From assembly GCA_044221725.1 (NCBI GenBank), contig JBGAON010000002.1:512001-576000 (forward strand): a DNA stretch of 64,000 nucleotides, written 5' to 3'. The translations under genes and the position numbers were made by a program. The notes beneath the pieces were generated by a model. That model worked only from the letters and a program-made list of their open reading frames with translations, searched no databases and was not told the origin of the DNA. The DNA comes from Elusimicrobiota bacterium. Its GTDB lineage: Bacteria; Elusimicrobiota; Elusimicrobia; F11. How positions within the stretch are numbered: position 1 is the stretch's first letter; every line of letters begins with the position of its first letter. Positions 60,980-64,000 of the stretch are shown piece after piece.

Positions 60980-61381
60980 ATGAAACGCTTAATTAGCCTA
61001 ACATCGACTCTTATTATATCTATACAATTATTCACATTTGCCGGTATCGCGGGTGCGGATGGATACAATCCGACTCCACGATCGTCACCAGGCCAAACGA
61101 ATGCCTGTGCAACAGAGGCTTATAACTTGAACACAGCGATAAAGGACTACGCAGGATTCTGGAGTCAATATATACAGATACAGAGGGAAATCATTGAATT
61201 AGAATCCCAGTTAAGAAATACAACTGATGAGATGATGAGAGTGTATCTTCAAGCACAAATCGACCAAGCCAACATTAATCTTGCGAACATTGGAAGATTA
61301 GTAGACATGCTGGTTAATCAAATCTGGGGCATGGGCGGGTTAAAAGAAAAATACGATGCATGCATGGCTGGTAAACGGTAG
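60980..61381 (+). CDS. Hypothetical exported helical protein with two flanking Cys
   Basis: AGGAG RBS, signal peptide MKRLISL...AGA, AT-rich coding sequence and its own terminator. Confidence 0.65.
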   Translation: MKRLISLTSTLIISIQLFTFAGIAGADGYNPTPRSSPGQTNACATEAYNLNTAIKDYAGFWSQYIQIQREIIELESQLRNTTDEMMRVYLQAQIDQANINLANIGRLVDMLVNQIWGMGGLKEKYDACMAGKR

Positions 61382-61403
61382 TTTGAAATTATTGATCTCT
61401 GAG

Positions 61404-61442
61404 AAACGGCCCTGCCAAATTTGGCGGGGCCGTTTTTTGTCT
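61404..61442 (+). terminator. Intrinsic terminator (left copy)
   Basis: AAACGGCCCTGCCA...TGGCGGGGCCGTTTTTT. Confidence 0.8.
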
Positions 61443-61449
61443 TGGAAAT

Positions 61450-62537
61450 GGGGTCAAGTCGCGACATCCGACATTTGTCCATTCAAAAGAGATTCCTCCA
61501 ACAACTTAATGATTGGCACATCGCAAAAATCATGGCGCGCTAAATATTTCTCGACGGCCTTATAGGAAACGCCGCCCAGCGCCATTCCAATCTGTTTGTA
61601 GCTAAGAAAGCAATTTTTGCGTAGGAAGTAGACGAGTGCCCATCTCTGTTCCGGGGAATTGGCGTCTTTGAAAGCGGCGTTGATCGTGTCTATAACGAAT
61701 GAAGGATTTAAAGCCTTCGTTTTTAGCAATTGGTTCTTTTGCGGGAGATCACGATTTATGTTTTGGCTCTTCAAATACGTTTCTCGAACCGACGCGATGA
61801 ACGATTTGATACCGAGAATGGCCGGCCATCTTTTCCGTGAGAGAATTTCAGCCAGCTCTTTGGGAACCCCTTGGAGAACGAACTGATGCAGGGCTTCTGT
61901 TTCGTTCGTCCGTTCACTCTGGAAATAGGAAAGAACGAGCGACCGCTCAAGCCAAGGAACAGCCTGTCTTGGATGAAGATAGTCCCAATGGCTGGAGTTG
62001 CCGTCAAGATCTGGGGAGGGATACAAACGCGCCTTCACACCATTGAGATGAATATAACGGACCAGCTCAAGAAAATACGATTCCTTTTGAACCAAAATTG
62101 ACTTGAACCGACCGCGAAAGATCGCGCCGTCGCGACCATGGCGCTTATTAAACCACTGTGTATAAACGCCATCGATGTGACGCATAGCCCGGCTTAAGTT
62201 TGGAACCGGTGTTTCGATCAACAAATGGTAGTGATTGTCCATCAAAGAGAACGCGTGGACGCGGATTTTCCATTGATCCACCGCCTCTCCGATCGCTTTC
62301 TTAAATTGAAATCGATCAGCATCCGCATCAAAAAAAATAGTGTTCCGGTTCGCTCCCCGATTCATGACGTGATAAAAAGCCCCCGGATATTCGATCCGTA
62401 AAGGTCGTGACATATACCACCAGCGAGGGAAAGATTCGGAGGGGAAGAATTTCTAGGAAGGGAAGAAACCGTCGACAATCAACGGTATCAAAATCGTGAG
62501 ACGAATTCACAAATGTCGGATGTCGCGACTTGACCCC
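61450..62537. mobile_element. Y1-transposase element bounded by perfect 29-bp inverted repeats
   Basis: GGGGTCAAGTCGCGACATCCGACATTTGT at 61450-61478 and its reverse complement at 62509-62537. Confidence 0.75.
61454..62413 (-). CDS. HUH Y1 tyrosine transposase (RAYT/IS200-like) with a C-terminal HTH-like extension
   Basis: R.LRI.YPGAFYHV..RG, NHYHL (HUH), G.IF.GRF.S and YIHLN motifs. Confidence 0.88.
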   Translation of the reverse strand: MSRPLRIEYPGAFYHVMNRGANRNTIFFDADADRFQFKKAIGEAVDQWKIRVHAFSLMDNHYHLLIETPVPNLSRAMRHIDGVYTQWFNKRHGRDGAIFRGRFKSILVQKESYFLELVRYIHLNGVKARLYPSPDLDGNSSHWDYLHPRQAVPWLERSLVLSYFQSERTNETEALHQFVLQGVPKELAEILSRKRWPAILGIKSFIASVRETYLKSQNINRDLPQKNQLLKTKALNPSFVIDTINAAFKDANSPEQRWALVYFLRKNCFLSYKQIGMALGGVSYKAVEKYLARHDFCDVPIIKLLEESLLNGQMSDVAT

Positions 62538-62569
62538 TTTTGTTTTTGCTTTCAAGAAGCTTTAAAAGC

Positions 62570-62610
62570 AAACGGCCCCGCCGTAATCCTGGCGGGGCCG
62601 TTTTTTGTCT
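62570..62610. terminator. Intrinsic terminator (right copy), possibly bidirectional
   Basis: AAACGGCCCCGCC...GGCGGGGCCGTTTTTT. Confidence 0.75.
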
Positions 62611-62631
62611 AAGTCGCGAATGGGTTGGGTT

Positions 62632-63156
62632 TTAGTACTGTTTCGGTTTTCCAGCGGGTCCGTTGTGGCGGACGTTGTATTCAACCGGGAAGTTCATGAA
62701 GTTTTCACGCCAGTTGCTGATCTCGTCGGGTAATTTTTTTGCGTAGTCGTCGTTGTTTGTGAAGTACGACACTTTTTTATCTTCCTGAATTGCCGCGAAC
62801 GTTCCGTTTGATCCGAGCGAAAAAATTCCGCTCGACCGTTTCGCGCCGCCTGTTTTTCCGTTCACGATGAGCGTTCCGTAATCGTCCAAGCGGGTCCTTT
62901 CGATTTCGGACATTGCTTTGGTCAGGCGTCCATAATCTTTTCCGAGCACTTGCTTGAGGGGATTTGCGACCATCGGATCCGCAAAAAGTTCTTTCGCCGT
63001 CGGATTCGCATCTTTGTATTTTGCAAGCGGGTTCACAGCGGAGCCTCTTTGTTGTTTCACCGGTTCTTGTTTGGATTTATCTGTCATGTTCGAATGAACG
63101 GGGACAACCCCAACGCCAATCAGCAGCGTTATCACAGCGAGTTTTGTCGAGCGCAC
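62632..63156 (-). CDS. Hypothetical exported protein
   Basis: GAGGAGG RBS before a GTG start; signal-like N-terminus; ends just before a terminator. Confidence 0.7.
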   Translation of the reverse strand: MRSTKLAVITLLIGVGVVPVHSNMTDKSKQEPVKQQRGSAVNPLAKYKDANPTAKELFADPMVANPLKQVLGKDYGRLTKAMSEIERTRLDDYGTLIVNGKTGGAKRSSGIFSLGSNGTFAAIQEDKKVSYFTNNDDYAKKLPDEISNWRENFMNFPVEYNVRHNGPAGKPKQY

Positions 63157-63444
63157 GTTCCCTCCTCTGAGTGAAATTTTTACGACTAACTCAAGAATAA
63201 CCGAACTTCCAATGAATACAAGTCATTCGACCAATTTTCTTCAGGATGCGAAAGCCGGTTATAGAAAGATTCGACTCCATCGATATCTCTGAATTGTTCG
63301 AATTTCCTCCTCATCCTTGCCTTTAATAGGCAAAGACATTTCAGGCAAGTGTTGCACTTACTATGCGAACTGGCGCATCGTAATTTACCACTCGTTTACA
63401 AGCTTTTAAGAGATTTTTAAGACCGTTTCTTTACAATTCGCGAT

Positions 63445-64000
63445 ATGAATCATCGGCGATTTGTCCGCGCGGCGGCCGCGGCACTTTCACTAATTTATCT
63501 CGCCACGAATTGTGCGTTCGCGTACAAATCCGAAGTGACCTTATGGGATGAACGGCGCCAATTTGCACAATTGCCAGCGCCTACAGGACCAACCGATTTT
63601 TCTCCACCGTTCCCGTCGCTTCCGAAAATCCACGCCTCTGTCCCACGTCGTTTTGAAAACAGCGTTTCAGGTCCCATCGCGGTCGGTCTTGTGCCACTTT
63701 TTCAGAGCTTATCCGCATCGTACGGTTCAATTCGCGACGTAAAGGTGCCCGCGCATTCGCGGACACCACGAACAATCATCCACATTCAAGATGTTCATGG
63801 AAATACCGAAGCGCAGCAAAACATCGGTCAAGCAATCCAACAGCTCATCAACGACAATCGCATCAACACCGTGGCGCTCGAAGGAGCGTTTGGTGTGATT
63901 GATCTCACCACAATCAGGAAATATTCCAACAAATCCTCTCGCGTGGTGGCCGATTACTTGTTGCGCGAAAAACGAATCTCGGGTCCGATTTATACGGCAT
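63445..64000 (+). CDS. N-terminus of a large exported protein (runs off the window; absent from the ORF track)
   Basis: Open frame MNHRRFVRAAAAALSLIYLATNCAFA...IIHIQDVHGNTEAQQNI...VALEGAFG with no stop; TACAAT 7 nt upstream. Confidence 0.75.
   Translation, partial: MNHRRFVRAAAAALSLIYLATNCAFAYKSEVTLWDERRQFAQLPAPTGPTDFSPPFPSLPKIHASVPRRFENSVSGPIAVGLVPLFQSLSASYGSIRDVKVPAHSRTPRTIIHIQDVHGNTEAQQNIGQAIQQLINDNRINTVALEGAFGVIDLTTIRKYSNKSSRVVADYLLREKRISGPIYTA

Noticed and set aside
61454..62413. The Y1 transposase as mobiliser of palindrome families A-D
   Set aside because: Its own ends share no clear sequence with those families and none directly flanks it, so the link is unsupported.

Overview
A bacterial chromosomal segment of roughly 50% GC, with almost all genes on the + strand. 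The gene content suggests Elusimicrobiota or a related PVC-adjacent lineage (inference only). In order it contains: the end of a PilQ-type secretin; a surface-glycan cluster; a sensor kinase with a REC-GGDEF-EAL protein; the yceD-rpmF-plsX-fabHDG-acpP-fabF-rnc operon; acyl-CoA dehydrogenase-etfB-etfA-ferredoxin; smc; rpmB; ribDE(BA)H-nusB-ligA-purH-alaS; tRNA-Arg(CCG); a kinase-dCMP deaminase fusion; sppA; asnB; polX; an M16 peptidase pair; an Opp-type ABC operon; an acyl-CoA ligase; a tRNA nucleotidyltransferase; a Y1/HUH transposase; and the N-terminus of a probably very large exported protein. The most striking unexplained structure is a dense population of short palindromic (REP/MITE/RPE-like) elements from several families that have been absorbed into genes. 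One is an in-frame 28-codon insert in OppF, one forms a new FabD C-terminus, others donate start/stop codons and a ribosome-binding site, two carry mini-ORFs read in the same frame, and one family forms a 71-bp tandem array of G-quadruplex-type motifs. Other highlights are a Y1 transposase bounded by perfect 29-bp inverted repeats and duplicated terminators, a Sulfolobus-type ferredoxin beside an Acd/Etf module, two secreted Cys-capped coiled-coil proteins, and an exported degenerate Memo-AMMECR1 fusion. All calls come from reading the sequence; no database searches were run.
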